Source: Octopus bimaculoides (taxonomy: Eukaryota). From it: a DNA stretch of 37,604 nt. Positions 22,430 to 33,586 of this stretch are shown piece after piece. The stretch is from positions 18,397,736-18,435,339 of the forward strand of contig NC_068985.1 in NCBI RefSeq assembly GCF_001194135.2, read 5' to 3'. The notes under the pieces are model-generated. The model worked only from the letters and a program-made list of their open reading frames with translations, did not search any database and was not told the origin of the DNA. Numbering within the stretch: position 1 is the stretch's first letter; every line of letters begins with the position of its first letter. The position numbers and the translations under genes were made by a program.

Positions 22430-22740
22430 AGATTCATGATCATTTAATGTCAGTTTTTGATGCTGCCATGAGTCGAACGGTTTGACTGGAGCTGGTGAAC
22501 CAGAGGACCGCATGATTTCTACAGCTGGAATCTCTTCCTAATGCCCCACTATTTTACAGAGTGTATTGGGTGCTTTTTATGTGGCACTGACACTAGTGAG
22601 GTTACCAAGTAACTCACGAGATAAGACCCCTCAAATGAGGTGCATTTAATATTGAAGCTAGGTAGCTTTATTCCAGGTGATGAAAGATTAAAGTATGACA
22701 GGGGGACAAGTTCTTGCTGCAGGGGAGATACATGGTTGCC
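22430..22740 (-). mobile_element. RTE LINE 3' fragment (older subfamily)
   Basis: catgatcatttaatgtc...tttctacagctgg...gggtgctttttatgtggcac...aagtaactcacgag; distal part shared with 24660-24840. Confidence 0.7.
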
Positions 22741-22835
22741 TTAATCAGAAGAGAAAATGAATGATGGTACCTTCAAGTAGGGTTAGTCCACATTACTCCA
22801 TAAGGAGCATATGGTTGGTTTTCTGGTTTCTCTGG

Positions 22836-22912
22836 CATCATCATCATTGTTTAATGTCCGCCTTCCAAGGCCAGTCACACGGTACTGGCAACGGCCACGC
22901 TCAAAAAGGTGT
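22836..22912 (-). mobile_element. RTE 3' stub with internal deletion
   Basis: catcatcatcattgtttaatgtccgccttcca joins directly to aggccagtcacacggtactggcaacggccacgctcaaaa, skipping the conserved block between them. Confidence 0.7.
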
Positions 22913-22974
22913 TAGAACAAAATATATTAGGAGAGATAAAACTGACACTCTGTTGGTTATGATGATGAATGATG

Positions 22975-23246
22975 TAGTTGTTCCGATCAGCAGAACAGTC
23001 TGCTTGTGATATTAATGTGTAAGTGGCTGAGCCCTCCACAGACTCCTGTACCCTTAACATGGTTTTCAGGGAAATTCAACATGACACAGTGTGACAAAGC
23101 TGGCCCCTTGAAATAAAAGTCATTTTTGCCAGCTGAGTGGACTGGAGCAACGTGAAATAAAGTGTCTAACTGAAGGACACAACCCACTTCCAGGAATCAA
23201 ACTCATTACCTTACAATCATGAGCCAAATACCCTGACCACTAAGCC
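22975..23246 (-). mobile_element. tRNA-derived SINE, family D
   Basis: Reverse complement of the head (ggaatcaaactc...ccactaagcc) and of the ttgtgtcct...cactttatttcacgttgctccagtccactcagctg core. Confidence 0.65.
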
Positions 23247-23358
23247 CTTATATAAAAGGAGAGATACATACATCCAAGAAACCAGCAAGTTTGTTGGGTG
23301 GCCATAAATTAACTGGTAAATTGAGGTAGCTACCATTCCTGAAAAATTTGTCTATTTT

Positions 23359-23512
23359 AGATGTGGCTCTGTGGGTAAGAAATTTGCTTCCGAAACATGT
23401 GGTTTTAGGTTCAGAACCACCACATGGCACCTGAGCAAGTGTCTGCTATTATGACCTCTGGCTGACTAAAGCCTTGTGAATGGATTTGGTCAATGGAAAC
23501 TTAAAGAAGCCA
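23359..23512 (+). mobile_element. SINE family B, 5' half
   Basis: gatgtggctctgtgggtaagaaatttgcttcc...ccttgtgaatggatttggtcaatggaaact. Confidence 0.75.
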
Positions 23513-23660
23513 ATCATCATCATTTAATGTCCACTTTTCATGCTGGCATTAGTTGGACTGCTAAGCCCCCAGCTTAGCAGTTTTAAGGGGGGGGGAGCTG
23601 CACCAGGTTCCAATCTGATTTGGCAAGGTTTCTATGGCTGGATGCCCTTCCTAACATGTA
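23513..23660 (-). mobile_element. RTE LINE 3' fragment
   Basis: atcatcatcatttaatgtcc...ctatggctggatgcccttcctaac. Confidence 0.75.
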
Positions 23661-23887
23661 GCATATCTAAAGTTTGGGATCTCTTGTCAGTCTTTTCTGT
23701 ACCTATTAGCTGCACAGAGTACAAAGCATTAAGTTCCTACCTGTTCACTTGCTAAATATTGAAGTTACTTCCCAAATAATCTGTGAATTTTGTGTCCTTA
23801 TATAGTAGCACTTTTGTCTTTGCTATATTGACTTTTAGGCCTTTGGACTGTTGACCAATCTTCCAGCTTTGAAACTTAGCCTTCACT

Positions 23888-24400
23888 GTCATTACCATTT
23901 AATGTCTGGTTTTTATGCTGGTGTGGAGGTGCAATGGCCCAGTGGTTAGGGCAGCGGACTCGCAGTCGGAGGATCGCGGTTTCGATTCCTAGACCGGGTG
24001 TTGTGAGTGTTTATTGAGCGAAAACGCCTAAGCTCCACGAGGCTCCAGCAGTGGGTAGTGGTGACCCCTGTTGTACTCTTTTGCTCCAACTTTTTCTCAC
24101 TCTTTCTTTCTGTTTCTTGAGTAACGCTGCGATGGACTGGCGTCCCGTCCAGCTGGGGGGGAACACATGCACCATAGAAACCGGGAAACCGGGCCCATGA
24201 GCCTGGCTAGGCTTGAAAGGGCGACGTTTATCGTTTTATGCTGGCATGTGTTGCACAGTTTGACAGGTTCTGGTAACCTGCAGGGCTGTATCGAGCTCCA
24301 CTGTCAGATTTTGCATGGTTTCTATGGTTAACACCAACCATCTTACAGTGTGTACCGAGTGCTTTTTTTCATGACACTAGTACTAATGAAGCCAACCATG
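23888..24400 (-). mobile_element. RTE 3' fragment interrupted by a SINE
   Basis: cattaccatttaatgtctggtttttatgctgg resumes after the SINE as catgtgttgcacagtttgacagg. Confidence 0.7.
23922..24233 (+). mobile_element. tRNA-derived SINE family A, full length, with 11-bp TSD
   Basis: A box TGGCCCAGTGG (23935-45), B box GGTTTCGATTCC (23978-89), tgcgatggactggcgtcccgtccag block, and TSD ttttatgctgg at 23911-21 and 24234-44. Confidence 0.9.
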
Positions 24401-24410
24401 TAACTTCATC

Positions 24411-24840
24411 TTTATCATCGTTTAATGTCCTTCTTCCTGGCATGGATTGGACAGTTTGACAGGAGGTTGCCAGGCAGAAGCATGCACCATACTTTTGTGT
24501 CTGTTTTGGTTATTTTATGGCTGGATGCCCTTCCTAACACCAACCACTCCACAGAGTGGGTTGAGTGCTTCTTATGCGGTACCAGTAGCATGGTTTTTAC
24601 AGTTAGATGCCCTTCCAAATGCCAACCACTTTACAGTGTGGACTGGATGTTTTTAAAGTGGCACCTGCACTGGTAGGGTCATCAAGTAACTTCGCAAGAC
24701 AAGGAATCTTTGAGAGAGGAGTGGGGGTCATTGGAGGTGGTGATTTTGTGCTACATGATGAAAGGTTAGAGTGTGACGGAGAGACAGAAACAGATGTCTT
24801 GCTGTAGAGGATGTACATGGTTACCCAGCCAGAGAGAAAG
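24411..24840 (-). mobile_element. RTE LINE 3' fragment with duplicated atgcccttcc...ccaaccact block
   Basis: Family terminal block plus a second copy of the atgcccttcc motif at about 24607. Confidence 0.75.
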
Positions 24841-25419
24841 AAAGGGAGAGAGAATTAACAAGAAAGTGGGAAGACAGAACAGAAAAAGAATAGGAAAAAG
24901 TAAAAGACCCCTGGACTAAGTTGAGGGAGTGTTTGAGGGATGGCATGGCAGGTGTTAAGGAGATTAAAGTATGACGGAAGGACAAGAGCAGGTGTCTTGT
25001 TATGGAGGAGATGCATGGCTACCCTGCATTATTTAAGGGTGGAAGGAAGTAGCTGAGAAGAAAAAAAAGCTAGCAGAGCAAGGAGGTGTGTATCTTATTT
25101 GCCTTTGAAACTTTAACATACATTAACTAAATGATTGGCCAGCATACGATTTACATAGGCTAATGTTTTCTACAACTTAGCAACAATTATGGGCTTGTTT
25201 TTTTCCTAACTTTCATGCATTTATTAATCATACTGATGCTAACCTCATTAGAAGGTTTTCTATTGGGTTTTCTAGGAATGATTCTTTTTTTAAATCCCTC
25301 TCATACTTTTCATTCAGCAATGTCTCCCATTTAATATATCGGTGCTTCTTTATTTTTGATATTATTCTGAATATGTTGCACTTCATCTCATCTTGATTTA
25401 TCGTCATCATCATCATAGT

Positions 25420-25850
25420 TTCAGCTTCAGTCCCATTTTGTGACACCTTGGACAAGTGTCTTCTATAACCTTGGGCTGATCACCTTGGGCAAGTTTCTTC
25501 TATAACCTTGGACTGATCACTTTGGGCAAGTTTCTTCTATAACCTTGGGCTGAGTGGTTTTGGTAGATGGAAACTGAAAGAAACCTGTTGTATATATGTA
25601 TGTATGTATGTATGTGTTACTGTCTCCTTGCCTTGACATCATGTGACAGGTGTAAATAAATGTTACCATCATGCAAACAGTTTTCTTCATTTCCAATCTT
25701 CCATGAAAACATGTCTGGTCATGGGGAATATTACCTTATTTGGAAACAAATGAGGGTTGGCAATAGGAAGGGCGTCCACTGTAAAAAATCCTCAACAAAT
25801 TCTGTTCACTTCATGGGAGCATGGAAAAATGGACATTAAAACAATGACAA
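25420..25850 (+). mobile_element. SINE family B variant with triplicated 37-nt segment and RTE-like tail
   Basis: Three units caccttgg(a/g)caagt(g/t)tcttctataaccttgg(g/a)ctga at 25444, 25481 and 25518; tail gggttggcaataggaagggcgtcc...agcatggaaaaatggacattaaaac. Confidence 0.7.
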
Positions 25851-26334
25851 TCACTTTCCACTAGCTAAACATTATGTATAACTTCCTTCTCTTATCTTTT
25901 GTTTCATCCATAGAACTTGCAGTGACTTAAAGCAGGCAGTTCTTTAGTAACACTCAGTACCTCCTTATGTCATAGTTCTCTATCTCTTCCTGTACCTCCC
26001 TGCCCATATATCACTTAGTAGTAACACCAAGGGTGTCTATTAACTTTCTTACTTTTCTTTTCTTTCTTATCTTTAGTTTCTGAATCTTACTTGCTTCAAG
26101 CTAAAATTGATTAAATGCTTCCCCAAAAGATGTAGTGTTCATAACTTGACATGTTTTTTAGTAAATACAAAATCATTTGACTATTCTGACTACCTATGTG
26201 GCAGGTGACCAGTTGACTGGTTTCCTGAATTTTGTAATGTAAATCAGTCCTCCAACTGTATCAATGTCTTTATTTCTTGTAAATGAGGCTCTAGCTTCCA
26301 TGATCCATGAACAACATAACCATCAAAATCATAC

Positions 26335-26620
26335 CTCTGTACGACACCTTTGGCAAGTGTCTTCTACGATAGTCCCAGTTTGACCAATGCTTTGTGAGTG
26401 AATTTGGTAGATTGAAACTGTGAGGAAGCTCATTTTATATATGTGTTTGTGATTATCCCCCCACCTCTCACCACTTGACAATTGGTGTTGGTTTGTTTAC
26501 ATGTTAAATTAGTGGTTCTACACTTAAAAAATAAATAATGGGGGTTGATATTTTTTCAACTAAATCCTTCAAGGTTGTGCCCCAGCATGGCCACAGTCCA
26601 ATGATTGAAACAAGTGAAAG
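26335..26620 (+). mobile_element. SINE family B (5' truncated)
   Basis: gacacctttggcaagtgtcttctacgatag...gtgagtgaatttggtagattgaaactg...cccagcatggccacagtccaatgattgaaacaag. Confidence 0.75.
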
Positions 26621-26979
26621 ATATATTATCATTTATCTTGCTGAAGGGCTCAAAGAACCAGCTCTTTTAGTTCATCTGTCAATTCTACTTGTATGGCATT
26701 AGAAGAAATCAGATATGTTGCTTATTAATCTAATTTTTATCCACTTCAATTACTCTACTCATTCTAGTGGATTCTCTCAGAATTGAGCTGGATTAAGTGT
26801 GATTAACACAAAGTTGACAGAGAAAATAGTCTATCAGTAGAAGAGAATGCATAATCATGGCTCAGTAGTTGACCGTAAGATTCTTTCTGTTCAGCTCCTG
26901 CTCAGCCTTGATGGAGCTGAGCCACAATCAAAGGCATTCTATCTGTGACCATCATGTCTTTTTTGTGGGAATGTTTGAC

Positions 26980-27349
26980 TATCATCATCATCATCATCAT
27001 TGTTTAACGTCCGCTGTCCATGCTAGCATGGGTTGGACGATTTGACTGAGGACTGGTGAAACTGGATGGCAACACCAGGCTCCAATCTGATTTGGCAGAG
27101 TTTCTACAGCTGGATGCCCTTCCTAGTGCCAACCACTCAGAGAGTGTAGTGGGTGCTTTTACGTGTCACCCGCATGAAGGTCAGCCAGGCGGTACTGGCA
27201 ACGGCCACGCTCAAAATGGTGTATTTTATGTGCCACCCGCACAAGAGCCAGTCCAGGGGCACTGGCAACGATCTCGCTTGAAAATCCTACAAAGGCCAGT
27301 CAGGCGGTACTGGCAACGGCCTCGCTTGAAAATCCTACAAAGGCCAGTC
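26980..27349 (-). mobile_element. RTE 3' UTR, copy 1 of a local duplicate
   Basis: Nearly identical to 27476 onward, including private variants; contains a 48-nt tandem unit (starts 27281 and 27329). Confidence 0.85.
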
Positions 27350-27475
27350 NNNNNNNNNNNNNNNNNNNNNNNNNNNNNNNNNNNNNNNNNNNNNNNNNNN
27401 NNNNNNNNNNNNNNNNNNNNNNNNNNNNNNNNNNNNNNNNNNNNNNNNNNNNNNNNNNNNNNNNNNNNNNNNNNN

Positions 27476-28110
27476 TATCATCATCATCATCATCATTGTT
27501 TAACGTCCGCTGTCCATGCTAGCATGGGTTGGACGATTTGACTGAGGACTGGTGAAACTGGATGGCAACACCAGGCTCCAATCTGATTTGGCAGAGTTTC
27601 TACAGCTGGATGCCCTTCCTAGTGCCAACCACTCAGAGAGTGTAGTGGGTGCTTTTACGTGTCACCCGCATGAAGGTCAGCCAGGCGGTACTGGCAACGG
27701 CCACGCTCAAAATGGTGTATTTTATGTGCCACCCGCACAAGAGCCAGTCCAGGGGCACTGGCAACAATCTCGCTTGAAAATCCTACGAAGGCCAGTCAGG
27801 CGGTACTGGCAATGGCCATGCTCAAAATGGTGTATTTTATGTGCCAGTCGAGGGGCACTGGCAACGATCTCGCTCGAAAATCCTTACACATGTCACGGGC
27901 ACAAATGCCAGAAAGGCGATGCTGGGCACAGGTGCTATCCCGATTTCGCTTTCGCTTGCCCCAACAGGTCTTCGCAAGCCAAGTTTCATGTCCAATGAAG
28001 GAGACGACGTTGGCATGGGTGCCAGTCATCGAATTTAGTTCGATTTCACTTGCCTCAATAAGTCTTTGCAAGTGAAGTTTAGTGTCCAATGTAGGAAAGG
28101 TACGTATAAG
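27476..28110 (-). mobile_element. RTE 3' UTR, copy 2 of a local duplicate
   Basis: (CAT)n tail, conserved terminal block, tandem array and gatttcacttgcc block. Confidence 0.85.
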
Positions 28111-28320
28111 TGGACTAGATTGTCTTATTTATTCTTGCTTTATCTAAAGTAGTAATATGTGATTTGAGGGTGATTTGGTTATTGTTTCAAACACATCAAA
28201 TGACCAAATCAGTTTATAAAAGTACTGGCATTACAATATTGCACTTGCTGCCTAAGGACATGTCACTGTAATTGATGGTAAAATTGACCTAACAATGTAG
28301 ATCATTCCTAACTTTCTTAG

Positions 28321-28530
28321 TAATATTGGTTTCAAATTTTGGCACAAGGCCAACAAGCTCAGGAGAGGGTGTGAGTCAATTACATTGACCCCTGTGTTCA
28401 ACTGGTACTTGTTTTATCAACCCTGAAATTTTGACGAAAGGCAAAGTCAACCACGGTGAAATTTGAATTCAGGCACTCAGGCAAGATGAAAAAAATGTCG
28501 CTAAGCCTTTTTCCCAGTGTACTACCTTTC
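28321..28530 (-). mobile_element. SINE family C
   Basis: taatattggtttcaaattttggcacaaggcc...gtacttgttttatcaacc...aaaggcaaagtcaacc; reverse complement of 28625-28849. Confidence 0.75.
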
Positions 28531-28624
28531 TTAGTAATATTGCTGCTGAGAGTGGTGGTGTTAAACAGATACATGAATTTATTGGCTAGCTCAGGAAATT
28601 CAGAGGCCAATATTAAGTTTGGTT

Positions 28625-28849
28625 GTAAGGCAGTGAGCAGGCAGAATCATTAGCATACTGGACAAGATGCTTTGTGACATTTCATCTATCTTTATAATCC
28701 TGGGTTCAAATAATGCCAATGTCAGCTTTGTCTTTCATTCTTTTGGGGTTGATAAAATAAGTACCTGATGAGCATGGGTGGGCAACATAATTGACCTACC
28801 CCTTCCCCTGAAATTGCTGGCCTTGTGCCAAAATTTGAAACCAATATTA
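28625..28849 (+). mobile_element. SINE family C
   Basis: gtaaggcagtgagcaggcagaatcattagc head, gggttcaaat B-box-like motif, gataaaataagtacc core, and ggccttgtgccaaaatttgaaaccaatatta end. Confidence 0.8.
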
Positions 28850-29426
28850 AGTTTCGCAGTACAATTCACCTAGCAGGTACAAAAATGCACAAATCAAATT
28901 GAGTAACATTGTTGCTTAACATGCTTATTGTTCCCCACACCTGAATTGAGTTTGTGATTAGTTAAATCTCATTACTCGTATCCTTGATGCCAGCTAATGT
29001 GTGTCCAAAGAACTAGGAAGTTGCATGTTGGAGACAAGTTGGATTTGATCCAATCAATCTTCAAGATGAATGGGAATGGTTTTACCATAGTAACCTTGGT
29101 AAGCATTTTTCATGGTCAATGTAGATCATCACTGCAAATACCAGCTCTACATTGTTAATGTTAGTAAGCAGATTTTATATATCACAGGTAATGTATCCTT
29201 GAAGATCTAATTATTTTGAAAACAAATATTGTATTCCTTTATTCACTTCTGGGAGTGATTATGTCTCTTTAGTATTGTTAGTGTGTTCATTCACCAAGAA
29301 AAGCATGGATTGATTTTATTAGAAAGTGTGTCATTGCTTTCGTTTTTCAATTCTCAGAGTATTATATATATATGTGCATATATCTATCTATCTATCTATC
29401 TATATATATACATGTGTATGTGTGTG

Positions 29427-29477
<51 letters not shown>

Positions 29478-29511
29478 NNNNNNNNNNGTGTGTGTATATA
29501 TATATATATAC

Positions 29512-29544
<33 letters not shown>

Positions 29545-29661
29545 CATGTGTGTGTATATGCGTGTGTGTGTGTATACATGTGTATGTGTGTATATATATA
29601 TACGTGTGTGTATATATACATGTATGTGTGTATATATGTGTATGTGTGTGTGTATATATAT

Positions 29662-30520
29662 ATCATCATCATTTAACGTCCATTTTCCATGCTGGCATGG
29701 GTTGGACAGTTTGCCTGAGGTCTGGAGAGCCAGTGGCTGCACCAGGTTCCAATTTGATCTGGCAATGTTTCTACAGCTGGATGCCCTTCCTAACGCCAAC
29801 CACTCCGAGAGTGTAGTGGGTGCTTTTTATGTGCCACTGGCACAGGAGCCAGTCAGGCGGTTCTGGCATTGATTACGTTCGGATAGTGCTTTTTACATGC
29901 CACCTGCACGGGAGCCAGTCAGCGGGTACTGGCATTGGGCACATTCAGATGTTGCTTTTTATGTGCCACAGGCACGGAAGCCAGTCAGGCGGACCTGGCA
30001 TTGACCACATTTGGATGGTGCTTTTTACGTGCCACCGGCACAGGAGCCAGTTAGGGGGCACTGGCCACAGCTACAATATTGGTTTTACTTGACTCAGCAG
30101 GTCTTCTCAAGCATATCATATCACTCGACACATCAGAGGTACTCTTAACTGGGCTGGACATGTGTGGCTGCAATCTCACTTTAGTTGCCAGGTCTTCTCA
30201 ATTACAGCATATCTCCAAAGGTCTCAGTCTCCTGTCATTGCCTCTGTGAGGCCCATTGTTCAAAAGTCATGCTTCACCACCTCATCCCATATCATCCTGA
30301 ATCTATCTCTTCCACTGGTTCCTTCCACAGTTAGGGAGTGGCACTTCTTCACACAGCTGTCCTCATGCATACGTAACACATGACCATATCAGCGCAGTCA
30401 TCTCTCTTGCACACCACATTTGATACTTCTTATGCCCACCTTTTCTCTCATGGCGCTTACACTGTCGTGTATGCACACTGACATTACACATCCAGCAGAA
30501 CAACTGGTCAGATCCAGTAT
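29662..30520 (-). mobile_element. RTE-clade LINE, 5' truncated: ORF2 C-terminal remnant, 3' UTR with four 66-nt units, (GAT)n tail
   Basis: About 30178-30430 translates CGVQER*LR*YGHVLRMHEDSCVKKCHSLTVEGTSGRDRFRMIWDEVVKHDF*TMGLTEAMTGD*DLWRYAVIEKTWQLK*, a stop-interrupted RTE C-terminus (RLRWYGHVLRM...G.RGR...W...D). It ties the whole CAT-tail family to RTE and fixes its strand. Confidence 0.85.
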
Positions 30521-30600
30521 CTCACACCTACACTACAATGCCATTCTAAGAATATATAATCACATCATTGAAATCTTAAAGCTGCAAAGTATTGTGAATA

Positions 30601-30642
30601 AATGTGCATTACATTTGACAAAGTAATCTGAATACTAAAGGG
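30601..30642. mobile_element. piggyBac-like MITE terminal fragment
   Basis: gtaatctgaatactaaaggg followed by TTAA; same terminus type as 34390. Confidence 0.45.
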
Positions 30643-32030
30643 TTAAAGCTTTACTCATACTAATTAGAGTTTGTTTTGTAAAAATATGAGTGAAAATAGT
30701 TATTGTTCCCACATTTAGGAAATCCCTGAAATATATGTATGATATCATTTAGCAAATCCACCTAATTTCAGGTTGCATCAACTGCCATAACTTACTTTAG
30801 TGGAACTTAGGTCTCCCCCTCCCATATACAGCTTGTATATGTTGATGGTGCACCTTCAACGTCTGGTTCATCAACTTGTTCATACCACAAGCTTTCTCAA
30901 CTCTTCCTTCACGCTTCTTACTCTCTCAATAGTCTTCTCTGTCATTCTTTTGTTCTATCAATATCTCCTTATATACTGCTTTTGCTCTCTACTCATAAGC
31001 ATTACCTTTACACTCCCAAATCTTCTACCTTCGGAATGTAATTCAGAACCAAAACAGAATCCAATACATGTGATGCTGAACTACTTTCTCAGTTCATTTA
31101 GCTTTGGTCATAAATTAACATCAAACCCCAAGCAATGTACACTTTTATTTCTAATGCATTCAGATACATTTTATTTTTGTAATTTTTGTTTTATTTTGTA
31201 TCTGTTGTACTTATTTTTAATGGAGATTAACTTTTGATTTCTTTCCGATAAATTGCAGATTTAACAGCTTAAGGATACGGTAGGGTACTTGAATTTAGAT
31301 ACAAACTTGAGTTATTCAATCAAGGCTTTTTAGTAAGCCAACATCCTTGTTCATGTATTGATTGTATCTGGCTCCTTAAAAGTGCATTAAAATTAATGCT
31401 AGTGATTCATTGTGTAAAATACTTTGCACTTCATTCTATTTATGAGAAATCAATTTAGCATTGATGTTTGAAGCTATGAAGTTCTTTCTCACCTTGGTCA
31501 GAAAATAACAATATCTTGTGCAAGTAACTTCTTCATTGAACAACACTATTTTGTTGTCTTTCATATACCCTGTATCTACCGGAACTGAGTCAATTATATG
31601 TTATGTTAAAAATATTAGCATTATTTGAGATTTCTTGAATTATTCAAAAAGATTTCTTAAAATAGGTTGTTTTAGGTACCTAATGTTCAATCATGTCAGA
31701 GAAATTCAAATTTCTGTCTAGTTTCACAATATTTATAGATTATTAATGTGACAGTTTTGCTACATTTAGATTCTAATTGCTGGATTTACATTTTAATTAA
31801 AACTGGACACATTACATGACAATTAATGTTTATCAAGAAATAACGCCTTTTCAGAATAATAAATTACATTCAATCCTCTATAAAAAGTAGTCTTTCTAGT
31901 TTTTATTATTATTTTTTTTAGGGCTGGTATGTTTTGTAAATATATTTAATTTACACTAAGTCAAAAGGTAAACTCAGTCATGGCGAACTGAAGAATATAG
32001 ATTTTTAATGGCGAGGGTAGTGATCATTAA

Positions 32031-32250
32031 CCCTTTTGTTACTATATTTCTGTTGGAATCTATTGCTTTTGTTTCAAGTAATTTTGAAAGCCACAAAGAA
32101 TTTAGTAAAATAACATTGTCATTATTAAGCTGGTGTTTGGAATATACATTAATAGGAAATATTAATGTAAGGTTTTAGTATAAATCACTTTTAAAACTGA
32201 GTTTGTTTCACAGAACTGAGGGTGTCTTGGGCAGGTTGGTATTAGAAGGG
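32031..32250. mobile_element. piggyBac-like MITE, family P1
   Basis: TTAA|CCCTTTTGTTACT...GGTATTAGAAGGG|TTAA: TTAA TSD and CCC/GGG termini. Confidence 0.75.
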
Positions 32251-32261
32251 TTAATTGAATG

Positions 32262-32411
32262 AATTGATTCCAGTACTTCTTTTTTTTTTTAAAGCCTGGT
32301 ACTTATTCTATCGGTCTCTTCTGCTGAACTTCGAAGCTACAGGGATGTAAATACACTAACACCGATTGTCAGGTGGCGGTGGGGTGACAAACACAGATAT
32401 GAAGCCATGCG

Positions 32412-32442
<31 letters not shown>

Positions 32443-32602
32443 GATGGGCTTCTTTCAACTTCCACCTACCAGATCCACTCACAAGGCTTTGGTCAGACGA
32501 AGGCTATAGTAGAAGACACATGCCTAAGGTGCTATGCAGTGGGACTGTACCTGGAACCATGTGGAAAGGCAGCAAGCTTCAAACCACACAGCCACACCTG
32601 CG
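32262..32602 (-). mobile_element. SINE family B, near full length
   Basis: Reverse complement of 6409-6789 with an internal (CA)n/(CG)n tract. Confidence 0.8.
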
Positions 32603-33117
32603 CTTGTTAATTGTGGATTATCAAAATGGTTGAATTTTCATTTGGAGCAATAGGTTACTAGAATTTTCTTCTTTTTTTTTTTGTCTAATTCTGCTTGATC
32701 TGTCAAAAATAAGACAGTTGACTGTCATTTTTTTTTTAATGCCTTAAATACTTTGGCATTTCTCCAAGAGCAACTAAGTAATGGAAAACGTCTTTTGTTG
32801 ATTTTCTTTTTTTTTTAGATTACTATATATGATATCAGTGTTCAAGTATTTGAAAAATTTAAATTTACTTCCAACGTTACCTGTAAATTAATGTAAAGCT
32901 ATTCTTTACCCAAACACAGTAAATAGAGTTTGTTGACTTGTAATGTCATTCCCAAGTGAAAACATTCAATCACAAGGTTGAAATGGAGAAATACTGCAAG
33001 TTTTTAAAATGATCTAAATAGTAGTAATGCTGATGTGTTTGATATTACAATCTTAGTCTCTTGCAGTTTTTATGTATACTTACTGTGTGAAAGGTAACCA
33101 GGAATTGTGAGGGCTAG

Positions 33118-33470
33118 TCATCATCATCATCATTTAACGTCTGCCTTCCATGCTAGCATGGGTTGGACGATTTGACTGAGGACTGGCGAACCAGAAGGCT
33201 GCACCAGGCTCCAATCTGATTTGGCAGAGTTTCTACAGCTGGATGCCCTTCCTAACGCCAACCACTCTGAGAGTGTAGTGGGTGCTTTCACGTGCCAGTA
33301 AGGCGACGCTGGTAACGATCACACTCAAATGGTGCTATTTACGTGCCACTGGCACGGAAACCAGATAACTACTCTGGCAATGATCACGCTCGGACAGTGC
33401 TCTTAGCGCTCCACTGGCACAGGTGCCAGTCATCGAATTTGGTTCAATCACGATTTTGATTTCATTATAA
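33118..33470 (-). mobile_element. RTE LINE 3' UTR fragment
   Basis: Family terminal block and degenerate array units. Confidence 0.85.
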
Positions 33471-33586
33471 CAAATTTGTCAGTTTTAGTTGTGCTTATGC
33501 ACAGAAGAGCGTAGTGCAAGAATGTTCCCTTGATATATCTGGTAATTATGTGTTGGTGCTTTTAAAGTCATGTTTTCATTGATACT

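Noticed and set aside
23922-23995. tRNA-like sequence with A and B boxes
   Set aside because: No acceptor stem closure and it continues into a dispersed SINE body, so it is a SINE head and not a tRNA gene; the same holds for the other SINE heads.
29017-29098. Plus-strand exon candidate EVACWRQVGFDPINLQDEWEWFYHSNL ending at GTAAGC
   Set aside because: Not ACTL6-like, wrong entry phase for ACTL6 exon 1, and no polypyrimidine tract.
29820-30070. Regularly spaced repeats suggestive of a CRISPR array
   Set aside because: Eukaryotic context, units are homologous along their whole length with no unique spacers, no cas genes, and they lie in an RTE 3' UTR.
30800-31237. 145-aa plus-strand ORF
   Set aside because: Low-complexity L/S/F composition; probably the antisense of a decayed LINE piece (a GRGRPK-like motif is visible on the minus strand), too weak to call.
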